Shown: piece by piece, positions 63,419 to 64,000 of the stretch
Layout: every line of letters starts with the position of its first letter
Position numbering within the stretch: position 1 is the first letter of the stretch
From: a virus
DNA length: 64,000 bases
IMG/VR virus record: IMGVR_UViG_3300050020_000030
Location: 24,640-88,639 of that record
Reading direction: 5' to 3' (one strand)
Notes under the pieces: model-generated
The model's database searches: none
What the model was told of the DNA's origin: nothing
What the model saw: the letters and a program-made list of their open reading frames with translations, nothing else
Position numbers and translations under genes: made by a program

Positions 63419-63620
63419 AGTAGGTCTCCTCACAAGCCTCCTGAATTTGTTTGATAATTCCTAGCTGTTCCGGAGTGAATGGTCGAGATCGCTCAAAATC
63501 CTGTTTGGAATCTGCCTTCAGCCGCTCGGCCCCGCTAGGATTACTTTGCTTATTCGCAGGTAGCAACTTCCGCCAACTTACTAGGACATTTTTACTGGCC
63601 GTCTTGAAGTTGGAAGTCAT
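63405..63620 (-). CDS. Hypothetical protein
   Basis: ORF in operon. Confidence 0.5.
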   Translation of the reverse strand: MTSNFKTASKNVLVSWRKLLPANKQSNPSGAERLKADSKQDFERSRPFTPEQLGIIKQIQEACEETYYENQ

Positions 63621-63629
63621 CCAGCCATC

Positions 63630-64000
63630 TTAGAACATTCTGTCTAGAATTTCGACCAAATACGTAGTCTCGACCTTATCTGGATTCTTGTCCCGAAGAA
63701 GTTTGATAACCTGTAGGAAATACGCCGTGTCAACACCAATCAACTGATCCTCTAGAACGTCAATGTCGGTAAGGTCCAATTCGCTGATCTGCATACAAAT
63801 CTTGAGTATCTGTCCTGCATTTGCGTGCCAGCCGCGAGAAATAAATTTCTTAAGTCGAGCCACGCTGCATACAGGATACTTACTGCCCACGTACACAAGC
63901 TGCTTCGCTAGGATAGCCGCGAGAGCTTCCGGCCTAAGAACCAACTCATTATCCCAACTCGTCCAGACGTTAGTCGTGTGGATAAAGTCATAATTCTTGT
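63630..64000 (-). CDS. Hypothetical protein, 5'-truncated by the window (nucleotidyltransferase-like C-terminus)
   Basis: Open to the window end; DFIHT, YP.CS..R..KFI.RGW. Confidence 0.55.
   Translation of the reverse strand, partial: KNYDFIHTTNVWTSWDNELVLRPEALAAILAKQLVYVGSKYPVCSVARLKKFISRGWHANAGQILKICMQISELDLTDIDVLEDQLIGVDTAYFLQVIKLLRDKNPDKVETTYLVEILDRMF

Noticed and set aside
63705-63733. Fifth TTGACACGG match
   Set aside because: Inside a CDS (GVDTAY) with no credible -10 at 17 bp.
1-64000. Stop-codon reassignment
   Set aside because: Long genes are intact in the standard code and all three stops end genes; the tRNA is Gln(UUG), not a suppressor.

Overview
64 kb of a large tailed dsDNA bacteriophage genome, podovirus-like tail, standard genetic code. 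An Acidobacteriota-like host is inferred only from the style of its secreted proteins. The + strand (1-29.8 kb) is the morphogenesis module: 3' end of a probable major capsid gene split by a 262-nt group I intron, two paralogous head-tail adaptors, a signal-peptide-bearing tailspike, a 1781-aa nozzle-like protein, ejection proteins and four free-standing homing endonucleases. The - strand (30-64 kb) is the early/replication module: class II RNR, dNMP kinase, phosphoesterases, Pnkp and RNA ligase, primase-helicase, PD-(D/E)XK nuclease, UvrD, SSB, ERF, tyrosine recombinase, family A DNA polymerase, tRNA-Gln and lysozyme. Three genes carry inteins. The most striking feature is the DNA polymerase intein. 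Its central region is dual-coding: the intein frame stays open but reads as filler, while an intact-looking HNH endonuclease is encoded in the -1 frame and stops inside the intein's terminal His-Asn codons. Other highlights are a cluster of exported Cys-rich virion-type proteins, a rod-like ncRNA candidate, two ATT starts, leaderless or hairpin-gated endonuclease genes and a bistable RBS switch upstream of ssb. All functional calls come from motif recognition by eye; no searches were run.
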